A DNA stretch of 64,000 nt from Octopus sinensis. Lineage: Eukaryota. Position 1 is the first letter of the stretch. Each line of letters begins with the position of its first letter. Shown in pieces: positions 36,159 to 50,569 of this stretch. The notes under the pieces are model-generated. The model did no database searches. It was not told the DNA's origin and saw nothing but the letters and a program-made list of their open reading frames with translations. The translations under genes and the position numbers were made by a program. The DNA lies in NCBI RefSeq assembly GCF_006345805.1, contig NC_043022.1, positions 16,802,001 to 16,866,000 on the forward strand, given 5' to 3'.

Positions 36159-36933
36159 CTGTATATATATATATACACTCATACGTCAAAACTGACAGGA
36201 GAGTCTCGCATATATACTTATATATGTCTGTATATATATGTATATATATATATATATATACTTATATGTGTGTGTATATATATATTTTCATTATATATAT
36301 ATATATATATCTAACATACACACACATATATTTAAATATATGTGTGTGTATGTATGTATATATCCTTGCAAATTAAACTTTTACAAGGAAAAGTTGACAG
36401 TGACTTCTCAGTTCCCCCTTCATCATGATGGACCTTTTCCTTGTATAAGTTCAATAAAAATGTCCTAAAAAGTATGGAATAATCCTTCGGTTTAAGGTAA
36501 AATCATTTCAACTTGACATAAAAACAAACGTATTTGTTGTATATATATTATCGTCATCTTGTTTATAAAGGATGACAATTTTATATATATATATGTATAC
36601 ACACGCACGCACACACATGCGATGACAGTGTGATCAAAGTGTGAATGTGCTCAATACGTGATTCTCTCAATCAGAGCTGACCTTGGGCTAAACAACAACA
36701 CCTAACACACTCTTCAGTTTTACAGTGCTACCACTGTTTATAAAAAAAAAACCTATCTGTACTTATGTGTTTAGCCTAGATGGACTGTGCCACAGAGATA
36801 TAAGTCTTTAGGTTGCTGAGGAAAGTCTATAGACCCCTGTCACCCTAACTGATACCCCTGTACCTTGTCCACGTGGACACCTCTCTCTTATATTTACTTC
36901 ATTTTTATACACCTTAAAACCATTGCTTGTGCC

Positions 36934-36992
<59 letters not shown>

Positions 36993-37197
36993 TGTTGTTG
37001 TTGTTGATTTTTTTTAAAAACCTATTCCATCCTGCCTTATACAAACAGAAACTTTTCCAGCTCAACACACCCCTATATCTCCACCACCCTCTTCACCACC
37101 ACCATCACCATCACCACCACCCCCAACAACAACAACCATCATCCCCATAACCTTTTAAACATCTCTCTCTATTTCTCTCTCTCTCCCCCTTTCTCTT

Positions 37198-37229
<32 letters not shown>

Positions 37230-38020
37230 CATATACAGCTATAACCATACATTTTTCCCTTAAACACACCTGATGTCTCATCTGTGTGTTTGTATCTGTG
37301 TGTGTATATATGTGTGTGAGTGTGTGCATACATATGTATTTCTGTATACATGTATGTATGTGTGCATGCATTTATATATATATATATATACATATACATA
37401 CATACAGATACCCACACACACACACATATATATATGTATATATCTTTATGTATGTATATGTAAATGCTGTGTGTGTATGTGATGAATTCCCCCCCCCACC
37501 TACCCATGAGTTATTATGACACTGCTGAAGACTTTGTCTTTGCATAATCTCTTTATATCCTGTATGTCCATCAAGTCAGCTGAGTGGTTTCTGCCCAACC
37601 ATCCTTGGCTAAGAGTTCTGTTGAACTCAGCACTCCGGGTGGTATTAAGTGGCTTGTCATAGTGAAATATACCACTATGGAGAACCTGGGTACACACAGG
37701 GTACCATGCTATTTATAGGGTACCTCTGTGTTTGTTAGGAATTAGGGACTTTTCTAAGCGCAAGGTACTAAATGCCTGACAGGATGCTGGCTGAGCAATT
37801 ACCAGCTGATACTAAGGCACAGAAACGATTGTAGTGATTTGGATTAAAGCCTGTTCATTCCATCTTCTCGTATTGTCATATCTTTTGTATGGACTCAATG
37901 GATATTTATGAATTTCCACATGTATATCCAGTGAAAGGAGAATTCCTATTGTGTGATAGCATATGGTAGCCAATATCTACAGAGGGACTTTGTAAATTAC
38001 ACTTTAAGGTTATTACCCAG

Positions 38021-38059
<39 letters not shown>

Positions 38060-38072
38060 TATATATATAACA

Positions 38073-38105
<33 letters not shown>

Positions 38106-38287
38106 GAGGCAAAACTACAGATAATGGTTAATATAAAGACAGGTTTTCTCTTGTGTTTCCATCATATTTTGTCTGCAGAGGTTTAGAAAAACAGAAAAAC
38201 AAAAACTGTTTAGAATATTTGTCTTTGGTTTGCTGTACTCTTAGTCTGTAATTAGTAACCAACATCACCACCGCTACTTTTCCTCCA

Positions 38288-38323
<36 letters not shown>

Positions 38324-39276
38324 CTTTGCTTTCTGATTGAGGCCCAAGGCCAGCAATTTTGAAGGGTGGGGCAAGTACGTGGTATTGACACTCCCATTAC
38401 TTAGATGTGGACATTTTACTGTCTAGGATTGTGAGGGGCCAGTTACCCAATTGTGTAAGTGACTGTGGTTATTACATCCCCCCTGGATGGGATGCCAGTC
38501 CATTGTAGATTCACTCATTTACAGCTGAGAGGACTGGAGCAAAGTGAAGTGAAGTGTTTTGCTCAAGAACACAGTGCACTGCACCATCACCACCAGGCCG
38601 TGTGCCTTCATCTCAGTACTTGACTGGTCCTTTAATTTATCAACTCCCAAGGGATGAAAGGTGAAAATAATTACAATAATCAACATAATTTCTGGAAAGT
38701 CTTCAGACCCTTATTTCGGAAAGGGAGCTTCATTTTGTTGTTTTTATTGTTGTTTTTTTTTCATTTCCCAGCAGTCAACTCATAAACTGTGAATACAAAA
38801 AGGTTATTTAATTAATAATTAATAACAATAATTAATAATAATAATTAATAAATATTAATAATAATAATAATAATTGCTAACACTCTTTTTCTACAAATTT
38901 CTTTCAACAATTTGAATTCAAAATTTTAATAAAACTAAAATTCAAAATAAAATCAACAAAAAAAAATCAAATAAAAATATAAATATGTTGTAACGCTTCT
39001 TTCTTTTTGTCTTTTTTATTTAAAATTTTTTTTCTTTTGCTTTTCTATTTTCCATTATTTTTTGTTGTTTGTTTTTTTTTTACCTTTGAACAGTTTTATT
39101 TTTTATTCTCACCTTTTTTTTTCTAGTTTACATCTCTTTCTCCATCTCCTCCTCCTCCTTCTCTTCTTACCTACAGACTCGTTTCTATTGGTGCAAATGC
39201 CTGCAATGACCACAAGGGGACAGTAATGATAATAATAATAATATAATAATAATAATAATATAATAATAATGATAAT

Positions 39277-39640
39277 TTCTGATTTTGGTATGACATCCGA
39301 AATTTTGGAGAGGGAAAGGACAAGGCAACTGTATCAACCCCCCCCCCCCAAGGGATGAAAGGTATAGTCAACCTTGGCAGAGCTTGAAGGCAGAGCATAA
39401 ATAATAATAATAATAATCATAATAATAATAATAATAATAATGATAGTCCTTTCTACTATCGACACAAAACCTGAAATCGTGGGAGAAGGGGCTAGACGAT
39501 TACATTCACCCCAGTGTTTCACCCCGAAAGGATGAAAGGCAAAGTTGACCTCGGTGGAATTTGAACTCAGAACGTAGCAGCAGATGAAATACCACTAAGC
39601 ATTCCGCCTGGCGTGCTAACAATTCTGCCAGCTCGCTGCC

Positions 39641-39688
<48 letters not shown>

Positions 39689-39790
39689 TTTTCCGGTATA
39701 GTTACAAGCCCTGAACTTTTGGGGGAAGGGGGTCCAGTTGATTACATTGGTTCCCCCCAGTACTCCGCTGGTATTATTTTGCTGACCCTG
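39277..39790 (-). mobile_element. Three stacked short-SINE copies separated by (TAA)n
   Basis: Copies at ~39277-39400, ~39445-39642 and ~39690-39790. Confidence 0.8.
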
Positions 39791-40139
39791 AAATATTAAT
39801 AAGAATAATATTTTTATCCTTCTTATGACATTCACAAAAACATATTCTTTTCTTCCATTTTCATTCAAAAAACATAAATTCTTTCGTATTTTCTTCTTCA
39901 ATCCCTCAATAATAATCATCCTTCTTCTCAGTCCTCTCTCTCTTTCTCTCTCTCTCTCCATCCACCCTTTTTTTCTTATATCTTCCATGTCTCTCTAGTA
40001 TATACACACATGTATATATATAATATGTGTGTGTGTGTGTGGTTATGTTTTATACTCTGGTGAACCTGAATATAAATGTGCTGATCCTCGAATGGAACAT
40101 CTTGCAAGTTCCTTGTAACCATTGAAATAAAAGCCACAC

Positions 40140-40174
<35 letters not shown>

Positions 40175-42227
40175 GTAAAGCTCTCACCTTCCTTCTCCAC
40201 TCACACCTTTCTTTCCTAATAATTCTTTACTCATTTCATCATGGCATCTGTTTTAAATGAAAGCAAAGATGGAAAGAAGGTGTTAATAGGAGATCATATA
40301 TATATCACTCTGGTTCTTTCTTTGTTTTCCTTTTACCGTAAGCCATTTCCGCTCCTTTCCTAATTTATTTCCTTTCCCCCTAATGGTGCGATCTTCCCAT
40401 ATTTTTCCCCACTTACACACTGACATCCTTGTACCACATCTCCCATTCTTATTAGTTTTATCAAATTTAGTTATCTTTCCTTAATTTAAACACATCGTTT
40501 TAATGTCCCTGTGGAAAATGAAAATGTCCCCAGTAGAGTTTGTATCTGTCCTGGATGAGGGGCTGATAGGACTGGACCCTTCTAAACCAATTCCAGTTTT
40601 GCTAGATATTTCTCAGAGGCAAAATAACCAAAATGCGTCCATGAAGAGATTTGTCGCTTATTGCTGTGTTGTAATGGACAGAAACTAGAATGCAACCAAG
40701 CTGGTCTGTCTGTCTTGCATTATGGTGCATTTGCAGAGAATGAGGTTTGGTTTATTTATCTTGTACTGTGCAGTGTTTTAATGAGTGTTTTAACCAAGGG
40801 GTTACATGTCAGGGTAGGAAGAATGGAATTGATGTAACCGGTTTCTAGTCTTGTGTTTTCCGTACACAGAAAACTAAAATCTATAATTTGATTCTTTTGT
40901 TTTGCAATGAGGCTAAATCGTTTCTTTATTAAAATAAGGTATAACTTTCATTTCACTTTATCCAAAACAAAAAAAAACACTCCGGTACACCATGAGTTAA
41001 TTGATACTTGTCAATGGATGTACTTTTATGCAAATTAGGCTGACCAGTTGAGCTGAGTCCTGGTTTGTAGACACTATAAATAGCAATACATTAAAAAATC
41101 TCTCTGTGAACAGAATTTAGGTATTTTTATCTCTGATGGGCCAACAAGCCTACAAACTGCCGCACCAATCCATTTGCTTACTTTTCATTGACTTCATCCA
41201 TTAAACAATTTCAGTTTCCAAGAAGTTATTCTTTTGAGAGAGAATTCCGCTCCTGGATAAGACCCAGTCACTCTGTTGCAAGTATTTGTGAGTTAACAAA
41301 CTATGAATATTCATTAAATTAATGGTTTTATGTCCATAAGAGGAGAGATCATTACACAAACATTAATTAATCAATAAGCGTTTATATCTTGTTAATCTTT
41401 TGGGTCTAAGTTCAAAGAGACAGACAGACTCTTTGAAGGCTCAGGGGTACTGACCAGGCCCAGGGGTACTGACCAAGCCCATTAAACAATAACAATCATT
41501 TAATTCTCTTTGAATGATAAATTCTCTTTTGGTATTTCCTTAACATCTATTTACTCATTATAATCTTTAACCCTAGGTCAGGTAGATTGGCAGAACTGGA
41601 GAAAATAATGCCCTTTATCAACTGTCTGTTGAACAGAATTGTCTGCCAGTAAATGATTTCCACTCTTTCCCCTCCCTCTCATTCTTTCCTACACTTGGAT
41701 ATCTTCAAAGTAGGCGGTTGAACTAGCAGGCAAGTTCATTAATTTAGTGTTTGTTTTTAGAGACGGGATGAGTTTCCCCCTTACTCAGAGAATGTGAAAG
41801 AATGGCGAGTATTTTTGACCGCATTGTAAGATTGCATTGAATAAAATGATATTGACTCCAGAAAGATGAAAGGCAAAGTCGCCCTCAGCAGGATTTGAAC
41901 TCAGATCATAAAAGACCATAACTAAGGGGTAAGGCATTCTTCACAGTTCATTATTTACTAACTAACTGTAATATTCTGGGAGCTGATGTACTCTGCTTTA
42001 CAGAGACCCTAAAATGGAGAGAAGGGACTTTGTGAACATTTAAGAAATCGTTACCACCACCACAACTACTACTAACATTCTTGTTGTCATTCTTCTAAAT
42101 GGTGCTCTATCTTTCATCATCATCATCATCATCATTGCCATAATTGTCATCATCATCATTATCTTCATCACTATTATTATTTATTATTATAATTCTTCTT
42201 CTTCTTATTATTATTATTATTATTAAT

Positions 42228-42456
42228 GTGGCTAGATGGCAGAATGGTTAGCACACAGGACAAAATTCTCTCTGGCGTTTCCTCTATCTTTATGTTCTGG
42301 GTTCAAATTTTGCCAAGGTTGGCTTTGCCTTTTGTCCTTTTGGGGGGTCAATAAAATAAGCATTAATCGAACACTGGGGGGGGGGTCAATGAAAACGACT
42401 TACCTCCTGCCCAAAAATTTGAGGCCTTCTACCGATTGTAGAAAAGATTATTATTA

Positions 42457-42511
<55 letters not shown>

Positions 42512-42710
42512 GGCAGTGAGCTGACAGAAGTATTAGCGTGTTGGACAAAAAGATCAAAATGTTTAGGGGTATTTCACCCAGTGCTTTACATTCTGTGTTC
42601 AAATACTACTGAGGTTGACTTTACCTTCGACACCCATTCTGGGTCCACTGAAGAAATACCAGTTGAGCACAGGGATCAATGTAAATTGTTTTCTTCCTCC
42701 CCTCAGAGGG
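42228..42710 (+). mobile_element. Two stacked short SINEs joined by (TTA)n
   Basis: Copies at ~42228-42447 and ~42511-42710. Confidence 0.8.
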
Positions 42711-42839
42711 TGAAACCCCTATTGTAAGGCGGTTGAGTGACATGTATTTATGTGTGTATATACAAATATACACACATATGTATTTATGCATGCTTATATA
42801 TATATATGTGTGTACACATCATTATTAACAGGCCACACA

Positions 42840-42881
<42 letters not shown>

Positions 42882-43287
42882 TATATATATATATATATAT
42901 AAAATATGAAGGTTACCTAAAGATAGTTTCTGTCAAACAAAAATACTAATAAAGTGAGAGCAAACAAATCTGATTTAATGAGGAGAGAAATTCTAATTAA
43001 TCTAAATTATGTCATTTGTTTTGGAGGAAAAAAAATAATAATTTGCTATCTTTATAATCAATTCTGATCAAGTGAAGCAGGGGAGACCATTCTGGCATGT
43101 TATTTGCCAATGTTCCCTCCTTGCAGTGGAGTGTTTGTTTCTTCTGTGGTGTTGTGGCTTTAATCCATGATTGCTACTTTAGGTTTTTCTATTCTTGTTC
43201 TTGTGAATAATAGAAAGAGAAAACTAGAAGCAGTGACAGAGTGAAGCTCCCATTTCAAAATACACACACACAAACATACATACATAT

Positions 43288-43745
43288 ATCACGGTATCGA
43301 CCTGACCATCACATACCGTTACACACCCCTGCTCACAATGCACTTCCAATTCTGTCTTGAATGTGCCATTTTTTTTCCATCTTGACCCAAATTACTTGAC
43401 TCAATCATCTTCCCATCACCATGGAGGCCTTCCATGTGGCCCTTTTCCAGTTCCTTAGACACCACTCAGCAGCTGCAAGGGTCCACCTGTTCTCTCTGGA
43501 CTTTGTGATTCATCTGGCAAAGCAGAACTCGTGCTCCCAGTAGTCTCGTCTGTTCACACTTCTTTTCTCTCGGATTATCCCATTTTGAAGATGCTTCCAT
43601 AAGGACATTCCTAGCAAGGAGCTTTCCATGGCTCTTTGTAGTGTAGTTATTCCATGTTCAATCCTCTTCATACTCACCCACATCTCTCTGGCATATGACA
43701 ACAGTACACGTAGAACGGCGCTATTGAAGAACCTGGCAACATAGG
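43288..43745 (-). mobile_element. Decayed 3' end of an RTE-clade LINE
   Basis: Minus translation FNSAVLRVLLSYAREMW...TLQRAMESSLLGMSL...NGIIR...NWKCIVSRGV* resembles RTE LFxxxVLPxLxYAxETW...QRAMERSMLGISL...NxxIR. Confidence 0.85.
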
Positions 43746-43829
43746 CTACTGTCTGGCTTTGTTTGGAGAACCTCCTATATATACATACATATATTTATAT
43801 ATATATATATATTATATATATATATATAA

Positions 43830-43865
<36 letters not shown>

Positions 43866-43885
43866 TGTATATAGAGGTAGTTAGC

Positions 43886-43921
<36 letters not shown>

Positions 43922-44172
43922 GGCATGCATGGTTGTGCAGTTAAGAAGTTCACTTTGTTTTGCATCCATGTGATTTTAGGTTCAATCCCTACCATGCAGC
44001 CCCTTGGCCAAGTGTCTCCTTCTGTAGTCTAGACCAACCAACCAAAATCTTATAATTCATTCGATAACTGCAAACTGAAAGGGGTTTGATGTGTGTGTGT
44101 GTGTGTAATGTATATATATATATATATATATACACATACATACATATATATATATGTATATACATATATGTG

Positions 44173-44241
<69 letters not shown>

Positions 44242-44597
44242 TGCATATATATATATATATATATTGTTTGCATATATGTATATATATCTTATCTGCACAC
44301 ACACACACACACACGTGTGTGTGTGTATTTATATATGTATGAGTGTGTGAGTGTCTCACCGCTTGATACTGTTAGTTGTAACAAATATAAGCATTATACA
44401 TTCATTTGCAATGTTGTATGGAAACCCAGAAAACTGTTGTGTTAAAGGACGGGGAAATATTACTTTGCTTGGAATCCCGCGAAGGTTGGGGACAGGAAGG
44501 GCATCCAGCATAGAAAATCTGCCTCAAAGAAGATTGTTTGACACATGCTAGCATGGAAAAGTGGATGTTAAAATATAATGATGGTGCTATAAAAAAG

Positions 44598-44648
<51 letters not shown>

Positions 44649-44657
44649 CACATACAC

Positions 44658-44771
44658 TTTATTTGTGGATTAAGAAGGCTACCATTTGTTTCATGCTGAG
44701 AGAAATTTTTCAGCAATTATAAATTTCTCTTGGCATGAAACCAATGGTAGTCTTGTTACCCGACAAATAAA
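44658..44771. mobile_element. Degenerate fold-back element with ~51-bp arms
   Basis: 44658-44708 is the reverse complement of 44721-44771 with about 8 mismatches; 12-nt loop. Confidence 0.7.
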
Positions 44772-45126
44772 AAATATTTATCCACCAATGCAGTGTTAAG
44801 AACTTGTTCTCATGCTTTAATATTAGCATGCATGCATACATAATGCATATATACACACACACACACATGCATACATGCATACATGCATGCATACATAATA
44901 CATATATACACACATACATACATACATGTATGCATACGTGCATACATGCATACATACATACATAATACATATATACACACATGCATACACACACATACAT
45001 ACATGCATGCAGACATATATATGTACATATATACATATATGCATGCATGCATACATACATACATACATACATACATACATACATACATACACATATGCAT
45101 GCATTCATACATACATACGTACATGC

Positions 45127-45157
<31 letters not shown>

Positions 45158-45362
45158 CATACATAGAGAGGTGAGATAAGGAATGTTGTTGATGTGCAGA
45201 GTAAATGCTGACATCCTTTCACTCACCTCATTTTCAGGTGGAATCTTCTTGCTGCAGGCTTCCTTCTCTCAACTCACCTTGCACTGATGAAGGAATCAAC
45301 CAAAAAACCCTCTTTTAAAGCTGATCTTAACAAACCATTTAAAATATTGTTTTGAAACAACG

Positions 45363-45394
<32 letters not shown>

Positions 45395-45808
45395 CCTTTT
45401 TATTATAAACTCAAAGCCTAAAGCTTTGTCAGGATGGGGGCTAGTTGATTATGTTGACCCCTCAGCACTTAACTGGCACTTTATTTTATCAATTGCGTGA
45501 AGAATTCGGGGCCAGGTCCGCCTTGGTGGGGATGAGATTTGAACCCAGAATGTAAAGAGAAACATTTTGTCTGTCACACTAATTACTCTGCCTTGATCAC
45601 TGCTGTTAATGAGTGTAATTACAATGGTTTTTTTAATTTAGGCACAAGGCCAGCAAATTTTTAGAAGGAGCATCTGAGTCAATTACATCAACCCCAGCAC
45701 ATTATCATGTGCTGGTTCTTTATGATGGGGCCATGAAAGGATGATGATGATGATGGTGGTGGTGGTGGTGGTGGTGGTGATGGTGATGATTTCTTACTAT
45801 TGCTACTC

Positions 45809-45839
<31 letters not shown>

Positions 45840-48523
45840 TTGACTGAGTTCTCTATTTATGGATTTATATGTCTTCGTTTTTGAAGGGAGCTGTTTCATG
45901 TTCTTTCTTGCTTCTTTTAGAAGGGGTCGGGGTTGGAGGGGTGGGGAGGTTGTATTGCCATATTGATTGATTGATTGATCAATTGATTAATGTGCCTTTT
46001 CTTCCTTTATTTTTGTTGTTGTTGTTGTTGTTGCTGCTGTTTGCAACTCACGGACCCCGAGAGTAAGGGCTGGGGGTCACGTTTTACTCCTTTCTTAACA
46101 AGTGACCCTAACAATGATATTTGTTGGGGTTTTTTTTTTGCAATAACAGAAGTAATGATAACAATGATGATGATGATGATGATGATGATAAGAATGATAA
46201 TAAAGAACAAACAAAATAAATAATCACAGACACCCACACACACACAGAGTACAGTATAGATAAAGGGACATGAACAACAGCATAAGCAATATTTCAGGGC
46301 TGACAGCATTGCATAGGGTTCGGAATGAAGCCCAACGAGGCAATTTAGCCAAATGGACCCTAGTTTCAGAGCAGAGATCCAGCAGGTGACCCCCACCCCT
46401 TTACTCAAAACAATAATACAACAGGTACCACACCCCACATACACAGATACACATACAATATGTATGCATATATATATATATATGTATATACATACATGAA
46501 TACAAATACACATGCATTTGTACACACACATATATGTATGTATATGTAAATAGATATATATATTTGTATGTGTGTATGCAACCATTAATCCAGGCTTGTT
46601 TTTTTTTCTCTCCATTCTTTGCCCTCTCCCCCCTCCCCCGTTTTCTTTCCCCCCATTCCTTTCTGAAGAAGAGCATCAGCTCAAAATGTCAAAGCTTTCT
46701 TTTCATTCTTCCTGAGCGTCAAACTAATCCAGCTTGTTTGTTGTTCCTTCGCCTACCTCTGCCTTTTGTTTTTGTTTTTTGTGCAATTTTGAACCACACA
46801 CACACACACACACCACACACACACACACGTATACGAAATGAAGTGGCATTAAAATAGTTAATAATAACTGGTTCATTTCTCCAACAGTCAACATGGATAT
46901 AAAATACTAGAGAACAACAACAAACATTATAGCTTGTATTACAAGAGCTCAGATACAAATATAACAATAATAATAATAATAATAATAATAATCTATATTC
47001 AACAAGCACACATACATATATGCCTCATACATAAGTGAGTCTATGTAAATGTGTATAACATAGTATGATTAACATATTCATATATGAGGAATTATAGTAG
47101 CAGAAACAGCTGTAAGCCATTGCAGTTCATGGCATAATTTCTTATTACTGCTCTGGACTTGCCGGACACTTTGTTCTGAAGTATATGCAAATTGAGTTCT
47201 AACACTAGGTTATTAGTCTCACTATATCCAAAGCGAAATGATAACACACACACACACACACACACATCACAACAGTTAGCTCAGTGATTACTTGAAGAAA
47301 TTCCATTGTTAAATTCTCAATCATGTCTTTACAAACCGTCTTCAATATTTCGTTTCATCCAAACATTCTACGATTTGGTGCTCAGTTTAACCGTTTCCCT
47401 CCTCCCAACCCACCGGATGGTGTAGAGAATAACTTGTATAAAACTTTTGACAACAAAACCCTGTCCGTTTTGACGTCTGTTTTGCTATGCTCGCATGGGT
47501 TAGGTGAGTATTTTTAATGATAACAATAATAGTGATAATAACTGTTCTTAATTTAAGGTGGTGGGGTTAGTCAATATCATCAACCCCAGAGTATAACTGG
47601 TACTTTATTTTATCAACCCTGAAGAGATGAAAGGCAAAACTGACCTCAGCAGAATTTGATTCAATAATAATGTTTCTAATTTCAGCACAAAGCCAGCAAT
47701 TTTTAAGTCGATTACATCAGCCCTAATATTGACTGGTATTTTATCTTATCAACCCCCAAAAAGATGAAAGACAATGTTAACCATGACAGGATTTGAACTC
47801 AGAAGAAATGTCATTCAGGATTTTGTCCGAGGCTCGGACATTTCAGTCAGAAATCTATTGAAGGTCTTTGTGTCCAGATTCTTGGATATTGGGGTGGAAC
47901 CGTGGAATTAGCTACAGGCAAAGTGTGTGTGTTTGCGTGTATAAATATCTTTTTACTAGTTTCAGCCATTGAACTGTGGTCATGCTGGAGCACCACCTTA
48001 TATGTATGGATGTATAAAATAGGATAAAGACCCTTACAAAGTTATAGAGACTCATAGGGTCAGTTTCCTGGGTTCTCTGATGGATATATTCTCCCCTGGA
48101 CAGGATGCTGGTTGATGGCAAGATTATTCACTTTAACCAGCTGAATGAATTGGAGTGGCATGGAAAGAAGTGTCTTGCTCAAGAACAAAATGCATCACAC
48201 ACACACGCACACACACATATATGTGTGTGTGTGTGTATAGTTTCTAGAGAAGCTGTGCCACAGCCTTATAAGATGAATATTCAAGCAAGATAATTGCTTG
48301 TCATAAAATCAGAAAAAAAGTAATTCTCTTTGTTTTAGTTTATTTCCAAATATTCCAGGGTCTCATTATGTAAATTTTTTTAATTAATTTTTTTTTGTAT
48401 TTTTTTTTATCAAAACAGACTGTAAAATTTTATCCAAAACACTTCTTCGTATAAATCAATTTTATAGAAACCTGTTTACTGCAAATATGACTTAAAACTG
48501 ACTTAACTAATGCAAATAATGAT

Positions 48524-48577
<54 letters not shown>

Positions 48578-48797
48578 GAAGGCAGTGACCTGGCAGAATC
48601 ATTAGCATGCTTGGCAAAATGCTTAGTGGCATTTTGTCTGTCCTTATGTTCTGAGTTCAAATTCTGCCGAGATCGACTTTCCTTTTCATCCTTTCGGGGT
48701 CAATTGAATAAATACCAGTTAGACACTGGGGTCTATGTAATCGACTTATCCCCTCCCTCACCAAATTTCAGGCATTGTGCCTATAATAAAAAAAGAT
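48578..48797 (+). mobile_element. Full-length short SINE inside (TTA)n
   Basis: Close to consensus, with ATT repeats on both sides. Further + copies at ~49945-50132, 50355-50517 and 55515-55715. Confidence 0.9.
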
Positions 48798-49177
48798 TAT
48801 TATTATTATCATGATTATTATTATTATTATTATCATTATTATTATTATTATTATTATTATTCTGATAAAGGGGTTGTGGTGCTCAGAACCAAGTACATCA
48901 TCTTTGTAATCCAGTTTCAATTCCTAGACACAGCCATTTCCCTTGCATTGCTTAAAGCCCTTCAGAAAAAGTGCATGAACATCACACAATCTCACCTATT
49001 GGTCTTCTTCTATAAACTCTGAGGTGTTGTGCCTGTCTATGATCTCACTATAATTGTTGTTGTTGTTGTTGTTGTCATAGAGGGCGCTGTGCTACTGTTT
49101 ACGACTCCGAACTAACGCCTCCATCTCTGTTTCAATTCCAGTTTTGGAATTATTATTACTATTATTATTATTATTAC

Positions 49178-49220
<43 letters not shown>

Positions 49221-50132
49221 GGATGGAATTTACAAAAGGAGGAGCGTGAAACGGTGCCACAAACCCTTTGACACAAACCTGCTCACTACAGGAGCCTATA
49301 TAAGAAACCATTGTTATTATTATTACTATTATTATTATTACTATTATTATTAATACTATTATGATTGTTATTGTTATTGTTGATACTGTTGTTGTTATTG
49401 CAAGGGGGAGCCAATGATGTAAAGGTCAAAGGATCAAATCTCTTATTCAGTTCCAGTCCCTTGAGGGAATCTGCTTCCCTTTATTTCTTCCTTTCTTAGA
49501 GTTGTTGTCGGGTGTAGCAGGGGTAGGGACAACAGCAAGCATAGTCAGGTGGTTAAAGGGGTCAGACACAGACTGTTAACTCACAGGGAGTGGAGTTCAA
49601 GTTCACACTTAATTCTACATAGCTTTTTTTGCTTTTTTTTTTTTTTGATACATTTGATTCCGGGAATAAATAAAAACCCATGACCACCACCGGCGATAGA
49701 CTGATGAGATTTTCATGGAAATAAAAAAAAAAAAAATGGAGAAACAATTGACTTTTTGCATCTCATCCACTTCACACCACAAAACTAGATTTTCAACCAT
49801 GGGCCTCGTGATATTTTCAAGACTTTAAAGACAGGCGCAAATACTCTGCTGGAAACTGTCTGGGACTCAAAAGACAGAATAGATTTAATAAGAAGCCTTT
49901 TTTTGTTGGTTTTTTTTTTTTAATTAGCAGACCCATAATGGCATCGGAAAGAATTCTTTGTGGTGTTTCTGCTTACTCTATATATTCTGGGTACAAATTC
50001 CATTGAGGTCAACTTTACCTTTCCTCCATTTGGGGTTGATAAAATGAAGTACCAGACAAATACTGGGGTCAATGTTGTGTTATTGACTAATCTTTTCTCA
50101 AAATTTCTGGCCTTGCGCTCAAATCAGAAACA

Positions 50133-50174
<42 letters not shown>

Positions 50175-50196
50175 GCTGCTGCTGCTGCTAAAACTA

Positions 50197-50320
50197 TGAC
50201 ATGCTATTTAAGCAGGAATGTTGCCTTGAGGTTTGGTGATGACAAGTCTCCACAAACCTTAAGAATGTTTCTTAGGGGTCTTGCAAAACACAGGATTGCA
50301 GGTCAACAATGGGGGATTCA
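50197..50320 (-). mobile_element. Very short 3' end of an R4/Dong-like LINE
   Basis: Minus translation LQSCV..ARPLRNILKV resembles LQKSALLGTARILRKVL; followed on its sense strand by (CAG)n and (AAT)n. Confidence 0.45.
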
Positions 50321-50569
50321 ATTATTATCATTATCATTATTATTATTATTATTCATTTCGTCTGTCTTGGCGTTCTGAGTTGAAATTCTGCCGAGGCTGA
50401 CTTTGCCTTTCATCCTCCTGAGGTTGATAAAATAAGTACCAGTCGAGTACTGGGGTCGATATAATTGACTTTTCCCCTCCCCCAAAATTGGTGGCCTTGT
50501 GCCAAAATTTGAAACAATTATTATTATTATTATTATTATTATTATTGTCATCTTCGTCATCGTCACTCA

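Noticed and set aside
37500-37990. Possible LINE endonuclease remnant on the minus strand (EFNRTLSQGWLG)
   Set aside because: Only a vague likeness to GDFNAHHxxW; too degenerate to call.
41450-41480. Short direct repeat CAGGGGTACTGACCA x2
   Set aside because: An ordinary local slippage duplication with no associated structure.
44360-44368. Possible 9-nt minus microexon CTAACAG|TATCAAGCG|GTGAGA
   Set aside because: Weak polypyrimidine tract; such AG...GTRAG pairs are expected several times by chance in 40 kb.
49074-49089. GTCATAGAGGGCGCTG, a CTCF-like motif
   Set aside because: Only the 3' half matches, the CCAC/CCAG part is absent, and it lies in a probable repeat fragment.
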